A stretch of DNA of 64,000 nt. It comes from a bacterium. Its GTDB lineage: Bacteria > UBA10199 > JAIBAG01. Positions 30,577-40,682 of the stretch are shown in pieces (position 1 is the first letter of the stretch; every line of letters begins with the position of its first letter). The stretch is taken from assembly GCA_019695305.1 (NCBI GenBank), contig JAIBAG010000001.1, positions 18,774 through 82,773 of the forward strand, read 5' to 3'. The position numbers and the translations under genes are program-made. The notes beneath the pieces are model-generated. The model was not told where the DNA came from, made no database searches, and was given only the letters and a program-made list of their open reading frames with translations.

Positions 30577-31362
30577 ATGAAAAAAATTCTCGTTTTCCTT
30601 CTTATTTGCCTAACACCATTTCAATTGGCCTTGGCTACACAAAAAAATTTTCAAAAAAAAGCCGATCAGGAATGGCTCAACCGTTCACAAAAATCGGAAA
30701 ATTGGCTTTTTAAAACACTTCCCCGGCATGTGGCCGGTGATTTAAAAAATACATTTATTAACCCTTATCACGCCGCCATTATAGCAGCAGGCATTGGTAT
30801 TACTTTGGGTATTCACGAGCTAGATCCACAAATAAAAAACAAATTTAAAAATAAACCACTGGGCAAAAAATTTGATGATGTGATGGGTACTGCCTTTAAC
30901 CCCTATGTGATGTTGGGCACCACTATAGGCGCATTTGGTTTTTCTAAAATTATTAAAAATCCCAAAGCAGCCCAGTTTACGGGCACCATGCTTGAAGCCA
31001 TGCTTGTAACCGATGCAGCCACACTGGGTTTAAAACTGGCTACTCGTCGTGGGCGACCCGACGGCAATGGAAACGATTCATTTCCATCGGCTCATACCTC
31101 CACTCTTTTTGCTATGGCTTCGGTCACTCAAAAATTTTACGGTTTTAAAGCTGGCATTCCAGCCTATGCTTTGGCGTCGGTAGTGGGAATATCGCGCCTG
31201 GATGCCAACCGGCATGCGGCATCCGATGTACTGGCCGGAGCTTTATTGGGAGGACTTTTGGGCTGGGGAACAGCCCAATTTCATCAAAAAGAATTTTCAA
31301 AAAATATGATATTGCCTGTAAGCAATAATCATCCTGGAATTTCACTCATCCATCAGTTTTAA
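30577..31362 (+). CDS. PAP2 family phosphatase (type 2 phosphatidic acid phosphatase / undecaprenyl-pyrophosphatase-like)
   Basis: The three PAP2 motifs: KLATRRGRP, PSAHTS and SRLDANRHAASD. Signal peptide or TM helices present. Confidence 0.8.
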   Translation: MKKILVFLLICLTPFQLALATQKNFQKKADQEWLNRSQKSENWLFKTLPRHVAGDLKNTFINPYHAAIIAAGIGITLGIHELDPQIKNKFKNKPLGKKFDDVMGTAFNPYVMLGTTIGAFGFSKIIKNPKAAQFTGTMLEAMLVTDAATLGLKLATRRGRPDGNGNDSFPSAHTSTLFAMASVTQKFYGFKAGIPAYALASVVGISRLDANRHAASDVLAGALLGGLLGWGTAQFHQKEFSKNMILPVSNNHPGISLIHQF

Positions 31363-32570
31363 AGGACTTTGCAATGATTGATCAGGCGTTTTAGGTTATT
31401 TAGCTTATCGGTATTTACACTAATCCAATCATCTTTTAAAATTCCGCCTGTATCACCCGAATTGGGATTTAAACTCCAATAAAAAAAACTGCACATGTCT
31501 TTTTCTATAAAATAATCAATGAGTGCCTTTTGCCAGGTTTGGTCGAGCCCCTGATATTTGCCACCAAACTCACCGGGTATAACGGGCTTTGTTTGAGACA
31601 ATTGCCCAAAATGCTTGGTCCAAATGGCAGGCATGTTTTGAGGGAAATTAGGTGCAGAAAAATAAGATTGAAAAAAAACATCAGGCCCATAAACATGCGG
31701 GCTGTACACTGTTTTAGAAGCCGGGAGCGTGGGCGTATAACAATTAAAAGGTTCCAAATTACCACCCCACCAATGCCCAACACTATTATCGGAACAGGCG
31801 GGATTGTTTTCGATACCTTCTATAAAAATAAGCAAATTGGGATTGGTATTAAGAATAGCTGTGCCGGCCTTGGAAGCCGCTTTCATCCAGTCTGTATTAT
31901 TGCCGGTTCCAATAGTAGCCACACCATGCGGTTCATTTTTAAGATCAATTCCCATAAAATAAGGCAAATTTTTAAAATGCTCGGCCACAAAAGTAAGGTC
32001 GTTTATCCAGTCTTGTTCGGAATAGGTGGCATCGTACCACAACTCGGTAATAGCACCTCCGCAACTAAATTTATGAAAATCAAAAAGGATATAAATTTTT
32101 TGCCGGTTAAACTCGGCCGCAATTTTATCCATTACCTCTAAACTATCCAAATTTTTAAGATCGGTATTAATACCCGATGTATTAATATTAGGATTACTCT
32201 GCCCATCCAAAGTACCCGGGCAAAACGGCAACCGTACCGAGTTAAAACCCAGGCTTTTAATCTGGGCAATCATGTCTTTATAATCGCGCTGCCATAAACC
32301 ATGCGGGGCATAACTTTGTTCTTCCATCCCAAACCAGTTAATACCGTAAAAAATTATTTTTTGAGTGCCTAAAAAAACCTGGTTATCAACTACAGTGTAA
32401 CCAGCAGTAGCATCAAATTGAGGCGAGGGACTGGTAGGAGTGCCAGTTGACGAATCATCATCGTCGACTACCGGATCTTTACTAGTATCTTCTGGCAAAT
32501 TAAACGTGTTTTTTCCGCATGACACAAAAAGAAAAAAACATAACAGTATTAAAATATTTTTAGTACACAT
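31359..32570 (-). CDS. Glycoside hydrolase family 5 (cellulase-like) lipoprotein
   Basis: GH5 catalytic motifs NEP (LKNEPHG) and GEFG. Lipobox LFVSC after the signal peptide. Confidence 0.75.
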   Translation of the reverse strand: MCTKNILILLCFFLFVSCGKNTFNLPEDTSKDPVVDDDDSSTGTPTSPSPQFDATAGYTVVDNQVFLGTQKIIFYGINWFGMEEQSYAPHGLWQRDYKDMIAQIKSLGFNSVRLPFCPGTLDGQSNPNINTSGINTDLKNLDSLEVMDKIAAEFNRQKIYILFDFHKFSCGGAITELWYDATYSEQDWINDLTFVAEHFKNLPYFMGIDLKNEPHGVATIGTGNNTDWMKAASKAGTAILNTNPNLLIFIEGIENNPACSDNSVGHWWGGNLEPFNCYTPTLPASKTVYSPHVYGPDVFFQSYFSAPNFPQNMPAIWTKHFGQLSQTKPVIPGEFGGKYQGLDQTWQKALIDYFIEKDMCSFFYWSLNPNSGDTGGILKDDWISVNTDKLNNLKRLINHCKVL

Positions 32571-32600
32571 GATAAAAATAGCGCTGCTATTATGCAGGCA

Positions 32601-32933
32601 CTAACGCATCCCCAGCATTTCCCAGGATGTGACTTTCCATCCCAAGGGAGGGGTTGTTTTGGCAGTGAGTAAAACCCGGGCTAAAGTGCCGGATTTGAAA
32701 GTTAATACAGCATCGATATCGGCTACGTGCAAACTTTGTTCGCGTACATCGTTAATTTCAATTTTATCGATAGGATCTTTGGCAAAAAGAGAGGTTTTAT
32801 ACTTTTTTCCATACCGTTCAAAATGATGCTGAGTAAGCGAATGAGCCGATTTGGTGGATGGCACACGACCCCCACAAGCAGTGAGGGTTAAAAAAAGGAT
32901 TGCGGCCAGGCCTGTTTTAAACAAAAGTTTCAT
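32601..32933 (-). CDS. Hypothetical small lipoprotein
   Basis: Signal peptide with lipobox LTLTAC. Start taken at the internal ATG (MKLLFKTGLAAILF). The longer ORF would collide with the divergent gene. Confidence 0.5.
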   Translation of the reverse strand: MKLLFKTGLAAILFLTLTACGGRVPSTKSAHSLTQHHFERYGKKYKTSLFAKDPIDKIEINDVREQSLHVADIDAVLTFKSGTLARVLLTAKTTPPLGWKVTSWEMLGMR

Positions 32934-32937
32934 CTCC

Positions 32938-33753
32938 ATGCCAAATACGATCAAAAATAGGCCTTTGTCAAAGAGAAAGATAGAGGCCAAAAATCACCTT
33001 TTTGAAGAATTAGAGGAACTATACACCCGCTTTAACCGCTTTGAGCTTATTAAACCCGATCCTTTACAATACGTATGGGACTACAGTGCCAAAGAAGATC
33101 AGGAGGTGGTGGGGCTTCTGATGTCGAGTTTAGCTTATGGGAACGTAAAGCAAATTTTAACCAGCGGCCAAAAACTGCTTAAACCATTAGGCAAAAGCCC
33201 TGCTCATTTTATTAAAGAGGCCTCCGAGCCTGAAATTTATGCCCTAACCAAAAACTTTAAACACCGCTGGCACACAGGCCATGATTTAAGTGGTTTGATC
33301 ATTGGTATTAAAAACTGCCAACATCAATACGGTTTTCTTGAAAATATTTTTTTAAAAGAATTAAAAAATGAACATGCACATGTACTACCAGCCTTAAGCG
33401 GATTTGTTAAAACAATAGTAGAAAATGCACCGGCATTTAGAAAAAACTTACTGCCCTTCCCCAATTTAAAAAGCGCCTGCAAGCGCCTGATGATGTATTT
33501 ACGCTGGATGGTAAGAAAAGACGCTGTAGACCCAGGGCCATGGAATCAAGTTCCTGCATCGTTACTTTTAATGCCTCTCGACACTCACAGCTTTAGATTT
33601 TGCCGATTTAAAAAAATGACCAAACTAAATCAGGCCAATATGCAAAGTGTTTTAGATATTACAGAAGCGTTTAAACAAATAAATCCGGCAGATCCAGTTA
33701 AATACGATTTTGCTATTTCACGTTTAGGAATTAGAAGAAAACTGCTAAATTAA
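32938..33753 (+). CDS. TIGR02757 family protein (DUF2400)
   Basis: Conserved RWHTGHDL and YLRWMVRKDxVDPGxW segments characteristic of DUF2400. Start at ATG 32938 (MPNTIK). Confidence 0.65.
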   Translation: MPNTIKNRPLSKRKIEAKNHLFEELEELYTRFNRFELIKPDPLQYVWDYSAKEDQEVVGLLMSSLAYGNVKQILTSGQKLLKPLGKSPAHFIKEASEPEIYALTKNFKHRWHTGHDLSGLIIGIKNCQHQYGFLENIFLKELKNEHAHVLPALSGFVKTIVENAPAFRKNLLPFPNLKSACKRLMMYLRWMVRKDAVDPGPWNQVPASLLLMPLDTHSFRFCRFKKMTKLNQANMQSVLDITEAFKQINPADPVKYDFAISRLGIRRKLLN

Positions 33754-33757
33754 AAAA

Positions 33758-34324
33758 CTACAAACTTTTCCAGGCTTCTAACAAATCTACCAAAATACGC
33801 CCGGTGGCCCCCCAAATGCGATGTTCTCCATAGGTAAAAACAGGATCGTGGTACTCGCTGCCAAAATAATTTCTTTTTTCTAAAACAAAATTTTGGGGGT
33901 TTAATACATGCGATACCGGAACAGTAAAAATTTGGGCAATTTCGGTAGGATTCGTATTCCACTCATACGCTTCGTCAATCCAGCCCACAAAAGGATGAAT
34001 AATAAAATTAGTAGGAGTTACCACCTGACTTAATTCACCCACATAGTGCACTTTTTGAGGAGGCAGGCCAATTTCTTCGTATGTTTCACGCAGTGCTGTT
34101 TGCCACAACGTGTTGTCGCTTGCATCTTTAACACCACCCGGAAAACAAATTTGACCCTTATGATGCTCTACTTCTTCCGAACGTTTGGTAAGCACAATAT
34201 GTGGTTCTACCGGATGCGCCATACACAACACCATAACAGCCGATTCTACAGGTGTTTTTTCTAGCTTTAAATTAAGAGGCTTACGGTTTTGCGACTTTAA
34301 AATTTGTGACAAACGTTCATTCAT
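33758..34324 (-). CDS. NUDIX hydrolase, CoA pyrophosphatase type
   Basis: NuDiX CoAse signature LTKRS...GQICFPGG and NUDIX box RETYEEIGL. Start at the ATG at 34322-34324, just after the stop of the upstream gene. Confidence 0.75.
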   Translation of the reverse strand: MNERLSQILKSQNRKPLNLKLEKTPVESAVMVLCMAHPVEPHIVLTKRSEEVEHHKGQICFPGGVKDASDNTLWQTALRETYEEIGLPPQKVHYVGELSQVVTPTNFIIHPFVGWIDEAYEWNTNPTEIAQIFTVPVSHVLNPQNFVLEKRNYFGSEYHDPVFTYGEHRIWGATGRILVDLLEAWKSL

Positions 34325-34337
34325 AAAATACTCATAA

Positions 34338-35978
34338 TCATTGTAATACGGTTTCGTCAACCCCCTCACGTGCCATATCGGCCGCCTGCGGCAGCTCTAC
34401 CAAGGCCCCTTGAGCAAGCTTTTCACCGGGCAAATAAGGGTTCATACTTTCCAAAACCGTTAGCGACATTTTTAAATCTTTGGCTATTTTTTCAAGTGTT
34501 TCGCCTTTTTGGGCCAAATAAAAGCGCCCCTGATTTTTAGTTTTGTCCATTTCATCGGCACGGCTGGCAAATAGCTTGCCCAAATCGTGAGGCACTTTTA
34601 CCAAATATCCACCCGGCAAATTAACTTCACCGGCCAACACTTCGGGTGCAAGCGCCGGATTTAATTTTTGCATCACTTCGTTATCTACGGCAAGCGAGCT
34701 TGATAGTTCATACAAATTGACGGGCGTTTGGGTTAAAAATAAATCGTATTTAATGGAAGGTAAAATGCGTATTTTACCAAAATAGCGATCACGGTTTTCG
34801 TACACATGGAGGGCTGCCAAAAATTCGGGATAATAGTTGCGTGAATAAAATTTGTAGCCTGGCCCATTATAAAAACGATTAATCACACCAATATCGGTTG
34901 TTTTAAGCGTTTTCATTGCATCCATGATGCGACCAGGGCCTGTATTGTAGGCATTAATAGCAAGTGGCCATGCTCCTAAAAGATCGTAATCATTTTTTAA
35001 ATGGCTGGCCGCCGCATAGGTAGCCAAAATAGGATCGAGACGTTCGTCTATATACTCGTCCATTTTTAAATAACGTTCACCCGATTCAGGGATAAATTGC
35101 CAGAGCCCTGCTGCTTGTGCGCTCGATACAGCATCTACATCAAAAGCCGATTCTACAAATGGGAGCCGTGTAATTTCAACCGGAATACCTTTCATGGCAA
35201 AAATATTTTCCATTTCTTTCATGTATTGTCCCGATGAGGTAATAGCCTGACGAAAACGATGCGAAAAACCACCTTGAATACGAATAGAATCCATCCCCAG
35301 CGATTCATCTAATTTGGGAGCGCCTGGGCGTGAAAAAAGAGACACAATACGACTTTCTTCATCGTTAAGAGCTTCCTTCTTGGATAATTTTTCTTTGAGG
35401 CTAATCAGCATTTTCTGAATGCGCTTTAATTCGTCGTTCAGATATTGGTTTTTGAGCGTTTTTAAATCGGCGTTCATTGTACCGTCTTCGGAAGGCAACA
35501 CATCACTTAAATCGAGCGAGCTGTATACAATACCCACATCGTCACGGTTGTGAAACACAAACTGATTTTTTCCGTACACGCCAAAAATTTGAATCCAAAA
35601 TCCCACCATTTCACGCAAGGCCTGAGGGACCTGAAAGTTTCCGGTAATACTCGAGGGCGCTTCTTCCCAGGCTTCGTCATAATCGTTACCAAAACGTTCC
35701 AGAAAACGCTGACGAGCCGCCAAATAATCATCAACACCGCTTGGGCTTTCGGGATCTTCACCACTGGCTTTGATTTGAATAGCATCGGTTGTAAACGGAA
35801 ATAAAATGAGCGGTTCTTGTGTTGCTTCTTCTACCACCGTATGCGGAGTGACTTGATTTAAAGCCAGGTTTTTAGGAAAGTGGAGGTCTTTTTGATAAGG
35901 CGCAAAAAAGCCTAAGAAAAACAAGCTGATAATGAGGCTTAGGCTAAAATAGAGATACTGCAACTTCGTGTGAGGCAT
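34338..35978 (-). CDS. mltD: Lytic transglycosylase with a C-terminal LysM domain (MltD-like)
   Basis: SLT domain (AAGLWQFIPESG...AYNTGPGR) and a C-terminal LysM (YLAQKGETLEKIAKDL). TM or signal segment at the N-terminus. Confidence 0.8.
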   Translation of the reverse strand: MPHTKLQYLYFSLSLIISLFFLGFFAPYQKDLHFPKNLALNQVTPHTVVEEATQEPLILFPFTTDAIQIKASGEDPESPSGVDDYLAARQRFLERFGNDYDEAWEEAPSSITGNFQVPQALREMVGFWIQIFGVYGKNQFVFHNRDDVGIVYSSLDLSDVLPSEDGTMNADLKTLKNQYLNDELKRIQKMLISLKEKLSKKEALNDEESRIVSLFSRPGAPKLDESLGMDSIRIQGGFSHRFRQAITSSGQYMKEMENIFAMKGIPVEITRLPFVESAFDVDAVSSAQAAGLWQFIPESGERYLKMDEYIDERLDPILATYAAASHLKNDYDLLGAWPLAINAYNTGPGRIMDAMKTLKTTDIGVINRFYNGPGYKFYSRNYYPEFLAALHVYENRDRYFGKIRILPSIKYDLFLTQTPVNLYELSSSLAVDNEVMQKLNPALAPEVLAGEVNLPGGYLVKVPHDLGKLFASRADEMDKTKNQGRFYLAQKGETLEKIAKDLKMSLTVLESMNPYLPGEKLAQGALVELPQAADMAREGVDETVLQ

Positions 35979-36062
35979 AGCGGAGTTATTCTAGTGTTTG
36001 TTTGGCTTAATTTCAATGAGTATAAAGGGGAATAAATACAGAGCTATCACGTGACATGATAC

Positions 36063-36097
36063 AGAAAAAATATAGCAGGGGGCAAAGCCCCCTGCTT
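36063..36097 (-). terminator. Rho-independent terminator for the 36140..38755 gene
   Basis: Stem AGCAGGGGG/CCCCCTGCT with loop CAAAG. On the minus strand the hairpin is followed by ATATTTTTTCT. Confidence 0.65.
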
Positions 36098-36139
36098 TTC
36101 GTTCCTCCCGAAGAGGTCTAGTTTCCGAGAGAAAAAGTT

Positions 36140-38755
36140 TTAATCATACCAATGGTATCTAATGTCGTTATATTCCTCCATCGTATAACAGGTTACGTTA
36201 TCGGGCATGGTATCAACAGCCAGCACCTTACCTTCAAAACTATTGATATCCACCACGCATTGGTAATCGGCCACAATTAAATCATATTGTGCCTTCATGG
36301 TTGCTTGGTCTGTTTCTACCCATTTGCCGTTGTCCACATGCCAGCCTCTAAATTGAAGTTTTATATCGGCATATTCACCACAATCATCCCGTGTGGCATA
36401 AAGGCCGGGCACTTCCGACACCAAGAAAAAACCATTTCCAGCAAAATAAAGCTCTTCTCCGTAGCAAACATGAGTAGTGGCCGTCGGTACACTCATTTCA
36501 TCTAACGGCGTGCTGGCAAAAACATCATCTGGTGTGGTGATGGCCATTTTATAGGAATCGTTGACTGTTGTTTTTCTAACCCAATACTCATTCACTACCG
36601 CCTCATAAACAGTGTTAGGTAAATGAATGTCTAATAGAGCATGGCTTTGCCAGGTATCGGTTTTGTAAAAAATGTTGATGAGATAGTTTGAAAAACTCAT
36701 GGCCACATTTTCGTCAAAACTTAAAGCACGTTCAGCGCTTGTGTTAAGCTCAAAAGTAGCCACGTCATTAATTTGATTTCCATCCACATCAGCAATTTGC
36801 AGACGATCTTTATAAGAATATCCCAAGCCATCTACAAAGCCCGAACTTGTAAAAGGAAGAATAATTCTCTTCAGCGATTCATCAACCCGAACCACCTGGT
36901 CATCATTATCGGCCAAAGAACTATAATTTTGATAATCGGTGCCTAACAATAAGGCATCTTGTTCGGCGCCCGTTAAATCAAATAAATTTACTGTTCCCAT
37001 GCTCTGACGGCTTTCTGCTGCACCATAAAAGGTAGTGCCAAAAGCAAGCAATTGATTATCCAAAACAAACATTTGAGACAAATCTCCCGCCAATGCAATA
37101 TCACTATCCAAAACAGGAATTGCAGGGTTTGTTAAATTAACCGCATGGAGAGTGCTCAAATCCATGACATCATAATAGTTAGAATTATCGGTGGTATTGA
37201 CAAAAAGTTTTTCCGGCGAAAACTGAGAAGCCGAAATTCTTTCAGCATCTGTACCAATACCCTCCAAAACATTGGTTTCAATTACAGAATTGCCCTGCAA
37301 TGAAAATGTGTTTAATTCATTTTCGGTAGATAACGCATAAAAGAATCCCTCGTTAAAATAGAGGCGGCTTAAATCATCAACATGGCCTTTAATTTCAACC
37401 GGGTTTTGTGTGATGTTAATTTTATTAGTACTAACAGTTGAAAGAGTATCATCCAAACGAATAAAATTATCGTTTTCAAAACGGTAGATGGTAAAACGAG
37501 TGGATAAATCATCCCTATAAATGGGGTAGTCGTCTGTTTTTGTAATTGTCTGTGTACACACTTGATACGTAACATCTTCACATTCGGTCCCTTTATTGAC
37601 ATAGATATAACGACTTAAACTAGGACCTTTAGATTGCAGACATTCTAACAAACTCCCACGGCACGAAACTGTAGATCCCTGCGCTACATAATCTGGATTA
37701 GGTACTTTTTCCCACTCGATATGACACACTTCTTTTGTAACCTGTCTATAAGCAGTACATTCTTGATAAGTACGCTTTTCGTAATGGTCTAATACCATTT
37801 CATTATGAGAGCGGCTTACCACTAAATAACGATCACTGGCACTTACAAAATTATTGTAGCGTGTCCACGACGAAACCACATCGGCATCATCTTTTTCTTC
37901 CTCATAAAGAAAATCATCATGCGATGTTTCTAAAAGTTTATCGTTTGTTGCTATAATGGTGAGTGAATAATTTTTAGGTTCTTGATAATACCAGTATGGT
38001 ATAGGCTCCGGATCTTCATCCGAAAAAGTTTGTGTATAAACGGCCAGTGTATGATTAAACAAGCGGGCATCTACAATAAATTTGTTCTCTAAAAACACAC
38101 CGCTGTCATAAATCAAATTGCCATTTTCAATAGTGTACTTAAGAACGCCGCCACTTTTACCATCCAAACTGTTGGTAAAAACAAGAATGGCATTATCTTT
38201 TAAAATAAAATTTTTAGGAGATCCCGGTAAAGTTACGGCACAACTGATTTTGCTGGCCACAGGATTAGCGCTATTAACATCCGCCATAAATAAACCAAGG
38301 GGCCTGGATAAATACAAAGCATGATTTTGTTCTTGAGCTACAAGATCGGGGCGAAGAATCTCAACTGATGCAGGGCTTAATGCCACATCTTCTACTAGGT
38401 CCCAGCCTTCAAATCCCGATAACACACGGGGATTGGTATCGTCTTCAGCAACTGGTATTTGATAAGGTTTAGAAAACCCACCTAATTCATCCGAAATAGT
38501 TTTAAAGCTATCGCTATTTGGAAACTCACAGCGAGACGATACGAGCGGATCAAACGAGAGATATTGACGCATTTCATCGGTTGATAAGCTGGTTACAGAT
38601 GCGTTTAAAACAGAGAGACTATCTGGCATTTCCCCTTTTGGTTTAATTACAAGCTTATTATCTTTAGTTTCTGTACTGCTATTACTACTACTATTGCAGT
38701 TGATGACAAAAAAAATCAAAGACACACTTAAAAAATTTCGTATTAAGTTTTTCAT
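36140..38755 (-). CDS. Large hypothetical lipoprotein of 871 aa
   Basis: Signal peptide with a Cys lipobox (FFVINC), then a Ser-rich linker and a long beta-rich region. No motif recognised. Confidence 0.55.
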   Translation of the reverse strand: MKNLIRNFLSVSLIFFVINCNSSSNSSTETKDNKLVIKPKGEMPDSLSVLNASVTSLSTDEMRQYLSFDPLVSSRCEFPNSDSFKTISDELGGFSKPYQIPVAEDDTNPRVLSGFEGWDLVEDVALSPASVEILRPDLVAQEQNHALYLSRPLGLFMADVNSANPVASKISCAVTLPGSPKNFILKDNAILVFTNSLDGKSGGVLKYTIENGNLIYDSGVFLENKFIVDARLFNHTLAVYTQTFSDEDPEPIPYWYYQEPKNYSLTIIATNDKLLETSHDDFLYEEEKDDADVVSSWTRYNNFVSASDRYLVVSRSHNEMVLDHYEKRTYQECTAYRQVTKEVCHIEWEKVPNPDYVAQGSTVSCRGSLLECLQSKGPSLSRYIYVNKGTECEDVTYQVCTQTITKTDDYPIYRDDLSTRFTIYRFENDNFIRLDDTLSTVSTNKINITQNPVEIKGHVDDLSRLYFNEGFFYALSTENELNTFSLQGNSVIETNVLEGIGTDAERISASQFSPEKLFVNTTDNSNYYDVMDLSTLHAVNLTNPAIPVLDSDIALAGDLSQMFVLDNQLLAFGTTFYGAAESRQSMGTVNLFDLTGAEQDALLLGTDYQNYSSLADNDDQVVRVDESLKRIILPFTSSGFVDGLGYSYKDRLQIADVDGNQINDVATFELNTSAERALSFDENVAMSFSNYLINIFYKTDTWQSHALLDIHLPNTVYEAVVNEYWVRKTTVNDSYKMAITTPDDVFASTPLDEMSVPTATTHVCYGEELYFAGNGFFLVSEVPGLYATRDDCGEYADIKLQFRGWHVDNGKWVETDQATMKAQYDLIVADYQCVVDINSFEGKVLAVDTMPDNVTCYTMEEYNDIRYHWYD

Positions 38756-38817
38756 ATTTTATTCTTTCTATAGACCTCTCGTTATTATTAAGCCCCCTTC
38801 CCCCTTTATTTATAAAA

Positions 38818-39066
38818 TTATCCCTCTTCTTCGGCCGGACATTCTTCATCCGGATCGATAATATTCTCATCTGGACATTCACATTCGGTTTCACTTAACA
38901 GAATGCCACCACTTGCCTCACACAATGTCTCTTCATCAGCTGGCCCTATACCACAATTTCCACAACCAGGATCAGGCGTTGGGTTTCCCGTATTAGTTCC
39001 ATTGCCGCAGGCAACAAAACTAACCAACAACAACATGCTCATTATTTTTAAAACAAAAGACTTCAT
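38818..39066 (-). CDS. Small Cys-rich acidic lipoprotein of 82 aa
   Basis: Signal peptide with lipobox SFVAC. Eight further Cys in CGNCG, CEASGG and ECECP contexts. Its start overlaps the stop of the upstream gene (ATGA). Confidence 0.5.
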   Translation of the reverse strand: MKSFVLKIMSMLLLVSFVACGNGTNTGNPTPDPGCGNCGIGPADEETLCEASGGILLSETECECPDENIIDPDEECPAEEEG

Positions 39067-39926
39067 TTTTTAACTCCTGTCTTAACCCCCGGATTGGTAT
39101 CTTTACTAAGTGGAAAAAGCTGAAAATTGAGTTGATAGACCCTAGTTTGACTTTTTTCGGCATCGGCTAACGCAAGCAATTCTTTACGAAACGCCTGAAT
39201 CATCAATTTAAAGCGGTTAAAATTTTCAGGCGACAGTCCAAAAGTAACCGATGAAATTTCTCTTTCGGATGCAGAAATGATATCGAGCGCTTCGCCTGCC
39301 TTTTGCATCATCTCGCGATGAAATTGCACCACCAAGCTACTCACCACTTCATCACCGGTGGAAACAAGAGATTCACTCTGCGTGTATTTTCCCTCTTCAT
39401 CTTTTTTAAGAAGGCCAAGGGACTCAAGATCATCCAGTGCTTTTTTAGCCTCGTGAGTGGTGATGGAGGGTGTGAGCTGGCGCGCTACCCATTCCGGATC
39501 GGAAACGAAATAGGGGCTGGCCGCCAGCTCACGGATAGGAACATAATACCAGTTGGTATAATAAGCATGCTGCGCTTCTTTAAGCGGGTTTACCTTTTTA
39601 TAATAGTTGGTGCTAATAAGGCCTTCGGCAAAATGACGTTTTTCATCCGAGGTTGTAGCCTGATTAAGCATAACTAAGTTGCGAAATAAGCCACGCTCCT
39701 CTTTATTAAGCTTAAAAGCACCAGCCACTTTATCGATAGAATCGTTAGAGAGATTCCGCTTCCCATCTATTACTAGTTTAAAAAAATTGGGGGACTTAAA
39801 ACCGGCCTGTCGCGACAAAAAACGAAACGATACTTTGCCCTTGGATTCTTTATGATAAAGATACAGGTCCTTTAAATAAGTACGGTAATTGTCATAGGTA
39901 AAAATATTAGGTTTTACAGTTTCCAT
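39063..39926 (-). CDS. TIGR02147 family protein (Fibrobacter-type paralogous family, putative HTH-containing)
   Basis: N-terminal YRTYLKDLY...VSFRFLSRQAGFKSPNFFKLVIDGKRNLS matches the conserved TIGR02147 N-terminal region as recalled. Start taken at the ATG at 39924-39926. Confidence 0.55.
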   Translation of the reverse strand: METVKPNIFTYDNYRTYLKDLYLYHKESKGKVSFRFLSRQAGFKSPNFFKLVIDGKRNLSNDSIDKVAGAFKLNKEERGLFRNLVMLNQATTSDEKRHFAEGLISTNYYKKVNPLKEAQHAYYTNWYYVPIRELAASPYFVSDPEWVARQLTPSITTHEAKKALDDLESLGLLKKDEEGKYTQSESLVSTGDEVVSSLVVQFHREMMQKAGEALDIISASEREISSVTFGLSPENFNRFKLMIQAFRKELLALADAEKSQTRVYQLNFQLFPLSKDTNPGVKTGVKK

Positions 39927-40162
39927 AATTTCCTTGTATATAGTATCGGTTAATATGTCACGAAAGTTGCTAATAAAATGTATTCTTTTAGAATACACCA
40001 TATAAACTATTATATTAATTAAATATATGATAAATAACAATAAAATTTATTTTTAAATATTAATAATTATAAATATTTTACTATTTTAGTTATCAATACT
40101 GATATCGATCACAAAAAATATTGGCAATGCGCATACCTTTAGGTTAAGGCGTGGAACTCGTT

Positions 40163-40672
40163 ATGAAAACTTTCTTCAAACAACTTAAAATTGACTCCGA
40201 TCAAAACAATCTTTTAACTTTAGACCCCAAATTAAAAGACCATGTGCAAGATTTGGATTATTTTTACGTGAATGATTTAACCGAACAAAGTTATGATTGG
40301 GTAAAAGAAAGCGGCATTCAAAATGGCCTTTTAACCATTCAAACAATGCACACCACATGCTTTATCAGTGTGAACGAATTAGATGAACCCTGCCTGTTGG
40401 GCGATATCAATAACATGCTCCGCGAAGTTGCCCCTAAAACAAAATCGTACTTACACAACGGTCCTTTACGCTGGAAAAATCTCTGTGCCGACGATCACAA
40501 ATGCGATCGCAATGGCGATGCCCATGTTAAATCATTCCTCTTTGGTAACCCATCACAAACAGTGATTGTGAAAGATGGCACACCCCTTTGGGGACAATGG
40601 CAACGTGTGTGCTTAATTGATTTAGATGGGCCTCGCAATCGTCAGGTTGCTGTGCAAATTTTGGGTGAATAA
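40163..40672 (+). CDS. yjbQ: YjbQ/UPF0047 family protein (secondary thiamine-phosphate synthase enzyme)
   Basis: Conserved LTIQTMHTTCFISVNE, HNGPL and GDAHVKSFLFG segments of the YjbQ family. Confidence 0.8.
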   Translation: MKTFFKQLKIDSDQNNLLTLDPKLKDHVQDLDYFYVNDLTEQSYDWVKESGIQNGLLTIQTMHTTCFISVNELDEPCLLGDINNMLREVAPKTKSYLHNGPLRWKNLCADDHKCDRNGDAHVKSFLFGNPSQTVIVKDGTPLWGQWQRVCLIDLDGPRNRQVAVQILGE

Positions 40673-40682
40673 AATTTTTAGT

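Noticed and set aside
30402-30713. 103-aa ORF spanning the fliC 3' structured region and the PAP2 gene start
   Set aside because: It crosses a strong terminator hairpin and overlaps the well-supported PAP2 gene out of frame.
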